Shown: positions 52,571-64,000 of the stretch, piece by piece
Layout of the letters: each line of letters opens with the position of its first letter
Position numbering within the stretch: position 1 is the first letter of the stretch
DNA from: Amoebidium appalachense
Taxonomy: Eukaryota; Protista; Ichthyosporea
Assembly (NCBI GenBank): GCA_963693365.1
Contig: CAVNZM010000005.1
Coordinates: 682,001-746,000, forward strand
Reading direction: 5' to 3'
DNA: 64,000 bases
Made by a program: the position numbers and the translations under genes
Notes under the pieces: generated by a model
Databases searched by the model: none
What the model saw: only the letters and a program-made list of their open reading frames with translations
Told to the model about the DNA's origin: nothing

Positions 52571-54290
52571 GAGAGAGACAGAGAGAGAGAGAGAAAAAGA
52601 GAGAGAGAAAAAGAGAGAGAGAAAGAGAGAGAGACAGAAAGAGCGGGAGGGAGGGGAAGGGGGAGGGGGAGGGGGGAGATAGAAGTGAGAGAGAAAGAGC
52701 AGGCAGAGAGTCATGCAGTTAGGGGGGGTGGGGGTGGGGGGAGGGGGGGGTGGGGGGAAGGGGGGGGGGGGGGAGGGGGGGTTGCATCTAAAGAGACACT
52801 TCGATAATATAAATTACAATTGTTGTGTTTATTGTCCTAGGTGCGGTAGGCTGCAGTTTGAGTCTGTGCGCTTCCGGCAGGCCACCGTTTAAAACAATGT
52901 TTTAGTATATTGCAGTCCGGCAGGGTGCGGTTTGTAGAGCCTGAGAGAGCCGCCCTGACTGTAAAAAATATCTGAAATAAAAAATAATAAAAAAAACATG
53001 CACACATGCACCTCCTCCCTCTCACATGCTGGCACTCAAATCTCTCACACTCAAGCCCTCCACCTCCGCTTCTTCATGATTAAGGCAAAGCCCGGCAGGG
53101 CGTGCCGTTACTGGTCGCTTCTACAGGAAGAGATGTGTGATGCCGATCATCACAGATCTTCTTCCGATTGGTGGATAAAATGAGTATTTACCAAATATAT
53201 CAATCCGGTTCGATCAGATTAGCCATATAAGGAAACTGGAAAACCCGTTTTTACGAAAGGTAGCCCTACGGTATCGTTTCTATTTTGTTCCTTTCCACCC
53301 CATAGTACACCGTTTTTGCTGGGTTTATATGGCTACGTACTACGTAACTGCTCACCACAAGATCGGATTGCGGAGCGCATAATCACACTCGCTAAATAAG
53401 CAGATAGACAACGAACTAGCACTAGTAGAATATACTTAGTAATAATAATAGTGATATTGGTGTTGTATATTCATACATATCCGACAGAAGTATGTCAACA
53501 GTAGCAGTTTTATTTGCCAATCAGGTCGCGAGAATGGTTGGATCTATTGCTTCTATTCTGATCAAAGATTGGGCGAGCGCTAATCGGGCCTCGGCTACAA
53601 TGTACAGGGTGTGAAATTCATTTTTGGCTGGTCGGTCAGCCTGGTCCGATGATGGCCATCTTAGCAACTTTTCCCCTGCCTGGATGGGCTTATTACCTGA
53701 AGCCGCGAACCGTTTTATAAGGGGTATGTTTTTTCATGATTACGCCTGTATGAGCGCCGCTGGTTGAAAACTTGGTGGATCTAAATTAGAAAGTTAGGGA
53801 CACTTTTCGAGGTTCCAGTGCCATAAGAAAACCCCTAATTTCACAGCCTGGTCGGGCTTTCGGAATCAGTGACGACTCAAGACGCAGATTAGCAGACACA
53901 ATAACGATGCTTTAATATAATAATGAAATATTAATTCATATGAAACGACGCATATTTTCCTGCTTTATAAAGCCTCTTTTGAATTTCTCCCGGCCACCCG
54001 GCATTGTAACAGTTGGACTCGAAACTTTGAAAGAATTCAATTGAATTGACGCCAGCGGCGGCCGGGCCCGGGCCAACAGGAAACTAGTATTAAGGGATAC
54101 GGGATCGGCGATTTTGAGTGGTCCCCGATTTCTTTCTGGCGCCGCCTTTTTTCCCCCTGATTACGTAACGCGTTGCTACGCACCCACACCGTACAACGAG
54201 TTTTGTGTTCGCACGTTAACGCAGAGGGCGCACAACCCGAAAGAATTTTTTTCATGAAAAGAAACTACTTTGAATACATGCACTTTTACC

Positions 54291-55380
54291 ATGGGTGTGC
54301 AGGGCTTGCTCCCAGCACTCGGCATTAGTGCCGAAAAAGCCACAGATGTTACTGCAGAGTTGCAACGTGGGGTAGTTGCTTTTGACGGGATGGTGCAGGT
54401 CCACAAGTCCTTTTCAGTTTTCGCTGACACAGTAGCCAAACAGCAAATAGATGACAAAAAAGTCACAGACGACACATATGCAGCTATTGCAAATCACTTT
54501 ATGTCCAAAGTTAATACGTATAGGCTAGCAGGGGTCCAGCCACACTATGTGTTTGATGGGCGCAGATTGAAAGAGGGAAAACTAGTTGATAACGACCGTG
54601 CAGAAAAGGTGGTCAAAACCCGCCAAGAAATAGCCACAAAAAGAGAGAAACAGGAGGAGGTAACTAAAAACAAATGGAGAAGCGCTGCAGAGTTAGATAA
54701 CAGAGTTTTACATGCAATCATCCTTAGACTGAAAGATGAGAATGTCGATTACACCGTAGCTCCATACGAAGCAGACCCCCAGCTTGCCTATGATGGCACG
54801 TACCGGTTTGGCACACACTGTTGTCACTGAGGATGCCGACCTTCTTCTGTATAACATCCCGCGGGTTGTATACAAACTGCGCATTGCGGATGCGGCGGTC
54901 ATCCCTGGGACCGCTAATGCGGTGCGCATTCCCAAACTGTACGGAGTGATTGTAACCCCCGCCGATGTTTTTACCAGAAGCACAAAGTACAACTTCGACG
55001 GATGGGATATAGAAATACTGCGTTATTTTGCTATTGTGAATGGCTGTGATTATGTGAAAAAGCTCAGGGGAATTGGCATGGGCACTTTGCACGCAGCTGT
55101 AAGTGAGGCGTGCCGGGCCTGGGGACGCGAGGGAAGGCCGGTAGCTGCGGGGGTTGTGTTCACAGATCTGCTCCAGCATATCCAACGGGTCAGAAAGGGG
55201 AAAAGAGGGAAGGAAAAGCCCGTTAAAAGCACAGAAAACAAGCAGGGTGGGGACGAACGGGCAGGAAGAGTCGAAATCGGACGGAAAGGAGGTGAAGCAG
55301 TGGAGGAAGAGGTTGAGTGGTGGGATCTTGAATACGAACATGGAACGTATGAAAACGGGGCTGAGGTGATGAGGTTATAG
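54291..55380 (+). pseudogene. Exonuclease 1-like XPG/FEN1-family 5' nuclease; intronless over the nuclease domain, frameshift near 54790
   Basis: MGVQGLLPAL, VAFDG, GVQPHYVFDG and VAPYEADPQLAY, then after the frameshift VVTEDADLL and AIVNGCDYVKKLRGIG. These follow the Exo1 motifs MGIQGLL, LVFDG, VAPYEADAQLAYL, ITEDSDLL and ILSGCDYL..L.GIG. Confidence 0.88.
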
Positions 55381-55683
55381 AGATGCAATGATGAGGGTGA
55401 AGAGGTTATAGAGATGCAATATGCAGATGGTACGAAAAAGAGGCGGATAGTAGGACCAAGTGTAGAAGAATTGGCCCAATCATGTAGTACAAGCCTGACC
55501 TTGTAGGGCTCCGTGCATTTGTACAGCAAATAGACCCTACTGGACACAAGTATAGTTTTACCTGGAATGAAAAGTTTATGGTGCAAATGTATCCATCATA
55601 CAGGGCAGAAAACCACAAAAAGTGGAAGAAGAAGAAGAAGAACACGAACACTGAAAATGCAACTGAATGATTCTGTTTTCCTT

Positions 55684-55714
<31 letters not shown>

Positions 55715-55744
55715 GTTTACGTTATCTTTCATAATGTGTACTGT

Positions 55745-55819
<75 letters not shown>

Positions 55820-56071
55820 GTAATCTTCTGACCGATCTAGTGAACCTATAATGAATGAATGAAGACCGTGTGTCAAATCTGAGAGCAATGTACCAGACCC
55901 TGGTGCCTGCATATGTTTCCTACCCCCCCCCCCCCCCCCCCGGTCCCTCCTCCCCCCTTGGTGTTTGCATACGTGCCTACCTGCCCCCCCCCCCCCCCCC
56001 CCCCCCCCCCACACACACACGTGTGTGGGGGGGGGGGGGGGGGGGGGCGTGCATGCGTGCGTGTGTGCAAA

Positions 56072-56126
<55 letters not shown>

Positions 56127-56321
56127 TTCCGTGTGTGCGTGGTTGTGTGTGTGTGTGAAGGGGGGGGAGGGGGGAGGGGGGGGGGGGGGGGGGAGAACGA
56201 CTCAAGGTTGTACTTGGCACACAAATACATAATAATTTCAATTATTATTATTATTTTCCTATACAGGAAAAGTGGAGCCCTACTGGCCGAATACATACAT
56301 GCAAGCATTCATTCATATTTT

Positions 56322-56400
<79 letters not shown>

Positions 56401-56443
56401 CAGAGAAGGGGGCTTTAGGGAGAGGCAATCGAAAACGAAAATT

Positions 56444-57280
56444 CTACACCATGCTTTTGGTGTGCCCGGGCCCCACCATATCCTTATATAGTGGCTCTTG
56501 CATGTTACACAAGAAAGCCACAGCCTTAGCTACCATCCAATGGGTGCCTACCATCGACATCTGCACCTGATTGCTAAACAGCCGATAATTTTTCATGCGC
56601 CCAAAAGCCCTCTCACTGCTCGTCTCCCCCCGCTCCCTCGCTCGTTTCCGTGTTTGCTCAATATCTGAGGCATCCATTCCTACAGCTTGCATATGACTAT
56701 TGGCCCTTTCCTCCCTCAATAGCTGTACCTTCTCTCTGTACATCGGGTCTAGTTCCATTCGGATGGGACATGCATCCTTTGTTAATTTCAGTTTTCCATT
56801 CTTAGCAGTAATATCATCATCGGTGAAATGTGCCTCGCATACAACCAGTTGCTTAAGGATAGCCAGTGGCCAGGGGACTTCCACCTTCGGTTGCCCCCGT
56901 TTCCTCTTTGGTTGTGGTTCTTGTGCCGACTACTCAGCTGGCACAGCCGAGTCATTGGCATTTTCGGATTGTGTGTCAGCTGTGTGTGTCTCAGTAGTGG
57001 TTGTGTCTGTATTTACGTCTGTCCCATCCGAGGCCTTTGGCCTTGTGTCTGTGTGTGTGTCTGGGTCGGGGGGTGCTTGCTTTGTGTGTTCTGCTATTTG
57101 TTTCCGCTCATACTTTGTTTGCTCCTGCCTGCCTATAGCATTTAACCAAGCATGCCTCCTAGCCAATACATTTGGTTTGCATCCATATGGAACAGTAAAA
57201 TGCTTTATCTTCCTGGTAGGATCTTTGGGAGAGACTGTTTCTTCGTCATTTTTGCAGTAGTTAGCCGCGCAAGTTGGCAT
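56444..57280 (-). pseudogene. THAP zinc finger joined to the C-terminus of an ISL2EU/Harbinger-type (DDE_Tnp_4) transposase; internally deleted, one in-frame TAG at 56930-56932
   Basis: THAP: MPTCAANYCKN...HFTVP...RRHAWLNAI...VCEAHF...KLTKDACP. The tail DIEQTRKRARER...ERAFGRMKNYRLF...AFLCNMQEPL matches the ISL2EU pattern TR.IA..RIHVER.IGR.K.F.IL...L.N...PL. The two ORFs are in the same frame. Confidence 0.8.
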
Positions 57281-57792
57281 TGTGAGTGCCTAACATATAT
57301 AGTTAGAAAACAACCCGCCTTCATGAAAAATGTGCAGCGCAGTTTTGTCCGGACACGTGTGTGGCATGCCGTGTGTACATGGTATAGCTCGGCCACACGA
57401 TCTTAGGTGCCCAATATGCAGATCAAGCCCACTCAATCCAGATAGATATCGATCTGAGCGGCGCCAGAAAGTATTCGAGCCGCGCGATCCCGTATCCCTT
57501 AATTGTAATTTGTGATATGATTGGGCAGAAGGTGGTATTCAAATAATTTATAAACAACAACATGCGGTTCATTAACGGATTCCTATTGGATAACACCCCC
57601 GCTGGAATGTATGCAAGGGGCTATATAAACAGCATGTTGGCGAAGATTGGATCAGATCTTGATTTCGCTGCCGTACAAGTGTGTGGACTCACCATCCATT
57701 GTAACTTAGACCCTCACACACTCAGCGCCATCAACATAAGCATAGTCTATAACCGACCGTCAGTCAGTGTTAGAGCGCGTTCACACTTGAAA

Positions 57793-58968
57793 ATGAAGGC
57801 CCAATCCGGCATTCCCTGTCCCAAGCAAATGCTTGCAGCGTCCCTTCTCCTGGCCCACTCGGCCCTATCTGCATCCATTGTTGCTCGCCAGGCCGGTGCA
57901 GACCCCGCCATCACGTTCCCCACCGGTGGGCTCATGTGGGTGTGCAACCACCAGGTCGCGGTCACATGGGTGCCCGGCAGCCTGCCTGCAGGCACCCCCG
58001 TCAGTGTGGCCCTGGCCCCAGCTAACGCCCAGGATGGCGTGGGCCCCATCGAGCTGGCACAGGCATCCCTGGGCGACCAGTCGGCAAACTTCATGCTCGA
58101 CTGCAACGAACTTGAGCTGGGCATCACCCAGCCCACCGCCTTTGTGCTCCAGATCGTCTCTGCCGAAGCAGAGAATGCCGAGGTGCTGGCGCAGTCCCAG
58201 CCCATAGCCATCACAAACATCGGCTTTACCGCCCCCCTCCCCGGCACCGCCCTCACCCCCGGCAAGAACGTCACCTTCAAGTGGGTGGCTGCTAATGCTA
58301 ACCCGGGCGCCACGGCGTCCATTGAGCTGTATGGCCGCCGTGCTGGTGCCACCACCCAGCCCACACGCATTGCCGTGGTGGCATCTGACGCACCTGCTGC
58401 CCCTGGCGAGTTCACCTTCCGCATGCCCACCGTCAACTCGCGCACCTACCCCACCGTGTTTGCCCGCCTGACCATTGGCCAGGACGTGGCCGTGTCTGGA
58501 AACTTCAAGGTTGGGGCCGTGCGCCGTGTGGTCACATCATGGCCCGCCCTTGCGCCTGTGTCTGGGAGCGTCAACGTGAACACGCAGCCGGGCAATGTCA
58601 ACTTCAACTTTAGAGGCCAGGTGGGCCCCAACGCTGCGCCCGTGTCTGGAAGCGTAAACGTCAACGGCCCTGCCCCAGGAAGTGGCCCAGCCCCCGTCTT
58701 TGTGGACTTCAACGGCAACCTGCCCAGTGGCCGCCCAGTGTCAGGCAACCTTAACGTAAACCCATGGGGCTTTAACGGGTTTCTAAATGGTGTCGGCCAG
58801 GTTGCTGGGGGGGTTGTTGGTGGCGTTGTGCGGCCATTTGCAGTTTTTAATACTCAGCCTGCAGTGGTTAATGCTAACTGGAACACGAATGGGGGCCAGC
58901 CTGCAGTGGTTAATGCTAACTGGAACACGAATGGGGGCCAGTTCTCGATTAATGGCGGTGTCCAATAA
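57793..58968 (+). CDS. Single-exon secreted/cell-surface protein: two Kre9/KNH-like Ig-type repeats and an Asn/Val/Gly-rich tail
   Basis: GC3-rich 391-codon ORF with a hydrophobic signal-like MLAASLLLAHSALSA. Repeats AITFPTGG..W...VAVTW and IGFTAPLPG..L.PGKNVTFKW. SGSVNVN repeats and a 42-bp tandem duplication at 58855-58941. TATA-like ctatataaa at 57621. Confidence 0.8.
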   Translation: MKAQSGIPCPKQMLAASLLLAHSALSASIVARQAGADPAITFPTGGLMWVCNHQVAVTWVPGSLPAGTPVSVALAPANAQDGVGPIELAQASLGDQSANFMLDCNELELGITQPTAFVLQIVSAEAENAEVLAQSQPIAITNIGFTAPLPGTALTPGKNVTFKWVAANANPGATASIELYGRRAGATTQPTRIAVVASDAPAAPGEFTFRMPTVNSRTYPTVFARLTIGQDVAVSGNFKVGAVRRVVTSWPALAPVSGSVNVNTQPGNVNFNFRGQVGPNAAPVSGSVNVNGPAPGSGPAPVFVDFNGNLPSGRPVSGNLNVNPWGFNGFLNGVGQVAGGVVGGVVRPFAVFNTQPAVVNANWNTNGGQPAVVNANWNTNGGQFSINGGVQ

Positions 58969-59501
58969 GTGGATATTATTTGTAAGATTCAAAAATATTG
59001 TAACATACTTTTATGCTGTCCAATGGCAAAAAATCATTGATAGACATATTAGTATCCCGATTGTGCTTTCTAGCCATAGCCCGTTTTTCTGTGTTAGTAA
59101 CTGAAACTCCCAGAGCACAGGTGCCGGGACATTCAATAAAAAAAAAATGAGAATTTTTATTTCATTTTTTTTTTTATCTATTCATTCTGCACTTTGGCTA
59201 ATTAGCCACAGCTTGTGGTCAGTACGTCCTCCCCCCCTCCCTCTCCCTCCGTTCACGTAAGCAGGTGCACCCGCTGCACAGTGCGCATGCGTAGACACAC
59301 ACATAACCATCTGAACAGATGGCACGGCCATCCACACATGATGATAGGTCAGAGCTCAGAAGACCTACACATGCAAAGCACACAGACTTAGTATATTCAA
59401 GGACATATATATGAAAATACAAAAAAAAAGAGAGAGAGAGAGACATAGAATCACCGGGAATTTGATTAACTTGGCGCGCCCCCACCCATTCCTTCCCCCC
59501 C

Positions 59502-59532
<31 letters not shown>

Positions 59533-59920
59533 AAAAAAAAAAGTCCCCCCATCCAGCCCCTCCCCCTTCCCCCTTGCCTCCTCTTTCCTCCCTATCCTTC
59601 CACTGGATTATCGTTTTTTTCTTTTCCCGTTCTTTCTTCTGCCCTCTTCTTTATCTTTCTTTCTCTTTCTTTTTCGCTTTCTTTCTTTGGGGGGGGGGTA
59701 AGGAGGGCAGGAGAGCGGGGGGGGAAGGGGGAGGAGAGGGGGAGGGGGGTGTATCGAGAAGAGAAGATACTGGGGGGGGGGGGGGGGGGGGAGAAGGGAG
59801 GATAGCGCAGGGAGGTAGGGTAGGCGAGGAAGGTAAAGCGGTGAGGAAGGGAGAGGGGAGGGGTCACACTCATACCTACATGCACACATGCACACACGAA
59901 CACGCACGCACACACAAACA

Positions 59921-59974
<54 letters not shown>

Positions 59975-60006
59975 TACACACACACACACAAAAAGCTACA
60001 CACACG

Positions 60007-60114
<108 letters not shown>

Positions 60115-61161
60115 CGCGCATGCGCGTGCACACTCACATACAAATACACACACCCACACCGACACACGCACACACGTGCGCGCACACCCGGCATACACAT
60201 ACCTACATGCGCATGTGTGTGTGCGCACACGCACACGCACACACACTCACACACACCTACACACACACAGACACACCGTGGCATACACACACTGTTACCC
60301 TCCCAAAACCCAGACCCACGCCTGCCCCCCCCTTCCAATCCCTGGCCTATTATTTGTTTTTGCCTCTGGTGATACTGCTCGGAGGCATGCCTGCTTGTTT
60401 CTAATCCAGATGGGTTACCTACCCATGTGTGAGAAATGAAGGGGTATCTGATCTGATATTTGTATGCTTGATTTCCCGTTGAGAATGGGCTAAGAATACT
60501 TATGACGCACACTCTTTTCGTGTCTTCCTTCAAAAACCTACAGTGTGTTTTTTTGTCTTAAATACGGTACTTACAGCACTTTGTAACACATGCTCACCCC
60601 CTCCCCCCCCCTCCCCCCCTTCTTCCCCCCCCACCTTTTTCCCTACGATGGATGTCCCCTCGCATCTGATTGGACAAAACACTTTCCGATGACGTAAAAT
60701 CAGAGGGGAACGTTTCTCTCACCAAGCGAAGTAAAGGGGTCGCTATCAGGCCCTACAGCGGGGTCTGGGGGGGCGGCCAGGCTGCCTCCATTTAGAGCCC
60801 AGACACACATGGATTTCTGGCTATTGGGTTTACTCTTTTTTTCTTCCTTCCCCCCCCCCCCCCCCCCCTAGTTACTCTTTTATTTTGGTGATAAACTATC
60901 TACTACCGTGCTGCTTTTTCGGTCTATGTGAGCGATCTATATACCTAGGGTCCTGTGTCGTACGGCCCCTCCTCTCCCCCCCCCCCCCCCCCCTCTCTCT
61001 CTCGGCACACACATACACACACACACTCTCTCTCCCCCTCCCCCCCCCCCTCCCCCCCTCCCCCCCCTCCCCCCCCACCCCCTTTATACACACACACATG
61101 CACATGCACACACATACAGACTCGCATGCACATGCACACACTCCGGCGCACCCAGGCACAT

Positions 61162-61204
<43 letters not shown>

Positions 61205-62392
61205 CACCCACATTCACGTGCACAGCGATAGTGTCCCGACGAGACGTGCTAAAGGAGCACCATTAGGATAGTGAATAATTGGAACAAACCACTTGCATGG
61301 TTTTGGTTGGCACTGTCGAAGAACTATGTGTGGCAACTCGTGTTTTCCCTATCGGCTCGAGTGTTCAAAGAATGGTTGACGTGGAAGAAAAATCGTCCAT
61401 GTACATACATACATACCTCTGACCCCCCCCCCCCCCCCCTCCCCCCTCCACCACCCCCTCTTACTCCACTGCCTCTTTCACTGGTCTTTCCCCTGCTAGG
61501 CCACACAGGTTAACGGAAAGGGAGTTAGTGGGCAGGTAGACAGAAGGGGGGGGGGGGGGGGGAGGGAGAAGTGGGGTTGGGGGGGAGGGGGGGGGGGGGG
61601 GGGGCCTGGGGAGTAGGTAGTGTAGGGCAGTTGGAAACGCCGGGGATGCTTTCAGATGAAGTTCAACTCAAGAATACAGGGAACCGTCCGGGGAGGGCTG
61701 GGGAGGGGGGAAGGAGGGGGGGGGGAGGGGGGGGGGGGGGGGGGGGGAGATAAGAGGGAAGAACGGATGTCGGGGAAAGCGTTTGCACGCTTTGGGGTGA
61801 AGGTGAGGTGAAAGAAACCACCACTAGGGGCTTGTGTGGGTGGTCAAACCTACTCCTGCAGGTATATTTGTTTCAAGGGCAAAAGGCAGAGGACAGAACA
61901 GATCTGTCAAGAGTGCATGCATAAGACTTACACCATCATGGTACCAACACCATATGAGCATGGGCTCTACGCTGATGATGCTGTTTGGGAGTGAGATAGC
62001 CTTAAAATGGGGGACCTAGGTGTAGGGAGATTGCTTTCATGGACCGCTAGAAACACCAGATTCAATCTGAAAACAAATTATCATAATAACAACATAAAAC
62101 CAACAACCATAACGCCATCTGTCTCTTGGCCTTGAATTGTGGGGAAGAGGGGGAAGGGGGGGGGGGGGGGGGGGGGGGGGGGGGAGGGAAACCCGTGCTA
62201 GAGGGCTTGACGGCCCCATTTTGCCGCTTAGGACAGAATCGTTCCCCCCTGATAATACGTAAATGGAAAGAGTTTTGTCTAATCATGTGCAAGGCGACTT
62301 CCGTAGGAACGAAAATGTTCGACAGTCGGCCTTTAACGTGTGTGTGTGTGTGCTGTGTGTGTGTGTGTTTGTGTGCGTTCGGGGTGGCGGGA

Positions 62393-62429
<37 letters not shown>

Positions 62430-62490
62430 GGAACAGCAAGGAGCGGGGAGGGTAGGGTCTCTGTTTGTGTGTGTTTGTGCGTGTGTGTGT

Positions 62491-62606
<116 letters not shown>

Positions 62607-62840
62607 TCGGGGAGAGAGAGAGAGAGAGAGAAAGGAAAAATAAGTTGTGGGGAGGGTAGGGTGTCTGTGTGTGTGTGTGTGTGTGTATTTGTGTCGGTGG
62701 GGAGGGGGGGGGGGAGGGCGAGGGGGGGGGGGGGGGAGGGTGACACGGAGAGGGGCAAGAAAAAGAAAGGAGCAGGGACGGCCCTACTGTATGGTGTCTG
62801 TGTCTGTCTGTGTGTGTGTGTGTATGGTGTGGGTGTGGGT

Positions 62841-62876
<36 letters not shown>

Positions 62877-63511
62877 GGAGGGGAAGCAAGGAGTAGGGAG
62901 GGTAGGTTGTCTCTGCTGTGTGTGGGGGGATGGGGGGGGGGGGAGGGAGGGAGGAAGGAAAAGCAAGGAGCATGCATGGCAGAGAGAGAGAGAGAGAAAG
63001 AGTGTGTGTGTCCGGAGGGAGGAAGGAAAAGCAAGGAGCATGCATGGCAGAGAGAGAGAGAGAGAGTGTGTGTGTGTGTCCGGAGAGGACGAGGAGGGCA
63101 GGAATTCGTAAGCAAGGAGTGGGGAGGGTAGGGGTCTGTGTGCGTGTATGGGGAGAGGGGGGGGGTGCAGGGGAAGAGAGAGAGAGGAAAGTGATATGAT
63201 CATGATGGTTGAAACGAAAGCAGGGGAGGAAGGGGAGGCGGGGAAAAGGGAGGGAGGGGGAGATAGCTTCACCCGGTTTCGGTTGTTTATCACTTGAAAA
63301 TTTCTATGGTAAATGTTTTAATTCAGCATTTTACGCCATGTGCACCACACAGTGGGCAGCTGAAAAATAGTGTTGCGGCCTGGCAACACAGCTAAGTAGT
63401 GGAAGAAAGACAAAAACTTTCACCAAAAAAGTGATGCTTATACAACATAAAGTACACACCCTGCTACTCACTCAACGACAGCAGACTTTACAGATTTTTC
63501 ACCCAACCAAT

Positions 63512-64000
63512 CTACCTGGAGACAGCAACAACTCCATGGGGGCGGGCCACACCCGTAGGGAACGAGTTTCCATCATGAGACCACAGGGGATCCAGTATAA
63601 AGTCGGTTTCCGAAAGCAAAAACACGTGTGTTTTGTGATCGCCATCAGCATTCACCAACCCGCCGAACCCAGTGTTGACCAGGAAGTAATCGGTGACGAT
63701 CAGCCGGGATTCATCGTTGGTCAGAGTTAGGAAATGGGGGCCGGCATTTGGCCCCAAATCGATGACCTTCATGATGGTGGGGTGTTTGGGGTCGGTGGTG
63801 TCTAGCATGGCCACCTTTCCAGCCTCATACATGGTCATAAAGGCTCGCTTGCCGTCGGCACGGAACCGAAGAATGTGCGGGGTGGATGTTGGCTTTGTGG
63901 TTGAGTTGGCGGCAGCGGGGCGAGCCAATTGGTTGAAGTCCAAGACAGGCTCGTATGTGCCATCATTGGTGTTGAGGAGGAAAAGGGTGCCGCTCTGGGA
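63512..64000 (-). CDS. Selenium-binding protein 56 / methanethiol oxidase-like beta-propeller, 3' part (runs off the window)
   Basis: The frame is open from the window edge: SQSGTLFLLN...PHILRFRADGKRAFMT...GKVAMLDTTDPKHP...DLGPNAGPHFLTLTNDESRLIVTDYFL...DGDHKTHVF...FPTGVARPHGV. This matches the family C-terminus as I recall it. Confidence 0.75.
   Translation of the reverse strand, partial: SQSGTLFLLNTNDGTYEPVLDFNQLARPAAANSTTKPTSTPHILRFRADGKRAFMTMYEAGKVAMLDTTDPKHPTIMKVIDLGPNAGPHFLTLTNDESRLIVTDYFLVNTGFGGLVNADGDHKTHVFLLSETDFILDPLWSHDGNSFPTGVARPHGVVAVSR

Larger units (their letters stand above)
54094..57498. mobile_element. 3.4-kb TIR DNA transposon (ISL2EU/Harbinger-like transposase remnant) carrying an Exo1-family nuclease gene
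   Basis: Perfect 14-bp TIR GGGATACGGGATCG, with TTAA at 54090-54093 and 57499-57502. A second inverted subterminal motif CTTTCTGGCGCCGC lies at both ends. Two convergent degenerate genes lie inside. Confidence 0.88.

Noticed and set aside
53596-54008. Tc1/mariner-like MITE starting TA-CAGGGTGT
   Set aside because: Only a patchy inverted match near 53981-54008; no convincing second TIR.
54291-55380. The host's functional EXO1 gene
   Set aside because: It is frameshifted, divergent, lacks a normal C-terminus and lies inside TIRs, so no gene symbol was assigned.
57562-57792. N-terminal 77 codons of the 468-aa ORF
   Set aside because: AT-richer, contains a TATA-like box and precedes the signal-like segment. 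The true start is more likely 57793 or 57829.
63348-63354. CACAGTG heptamer (Transib/RSS-like end)
   Set aside because: An isolated 7-mer with no partner end or TSD in the window.

Overview
Repeat-rich eukaryotic genomic DNA with (CA)n, (GA)n and poly-G/C tracts and GT-AG introns. The left ~7 kb holds a spliced host gene whose five reconstructed introns are all phase 2. The centre (12015-53202) is a nest of mobile elements. A ~3.6-kb DIRS-like RT/RNaseH/methyltransferase element was split by a chromovirus Gypsy element (13688-37712, TAGGC TSD). The Gypsy element carries a Copia element, one copy of a ~10-kb CMC/CACTA-like TIR element and a second, truncated Copia fused in frame to the Gypsy RNase H. 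The DIRS-like 5' repeat was split by a self-nested Helitron/Helentron-like array that holds a second copy of the 10-kb element. The most unusual object is a 3.4-kb TIR element (54094-57498, TTAA-flanked) with two convergent, degenerate genes: a THAP + ISL2EU/Harbinger-type transposase remnant and an intronless Exo1-family (XPG/FEN1) 5' nuclease. The right end has an intronless secreted-protein gene and the 3' part of a selenium-binding protein/methanethiol-oxidase-like gene. All calls come from reading the sequence by eye; no searches were run.
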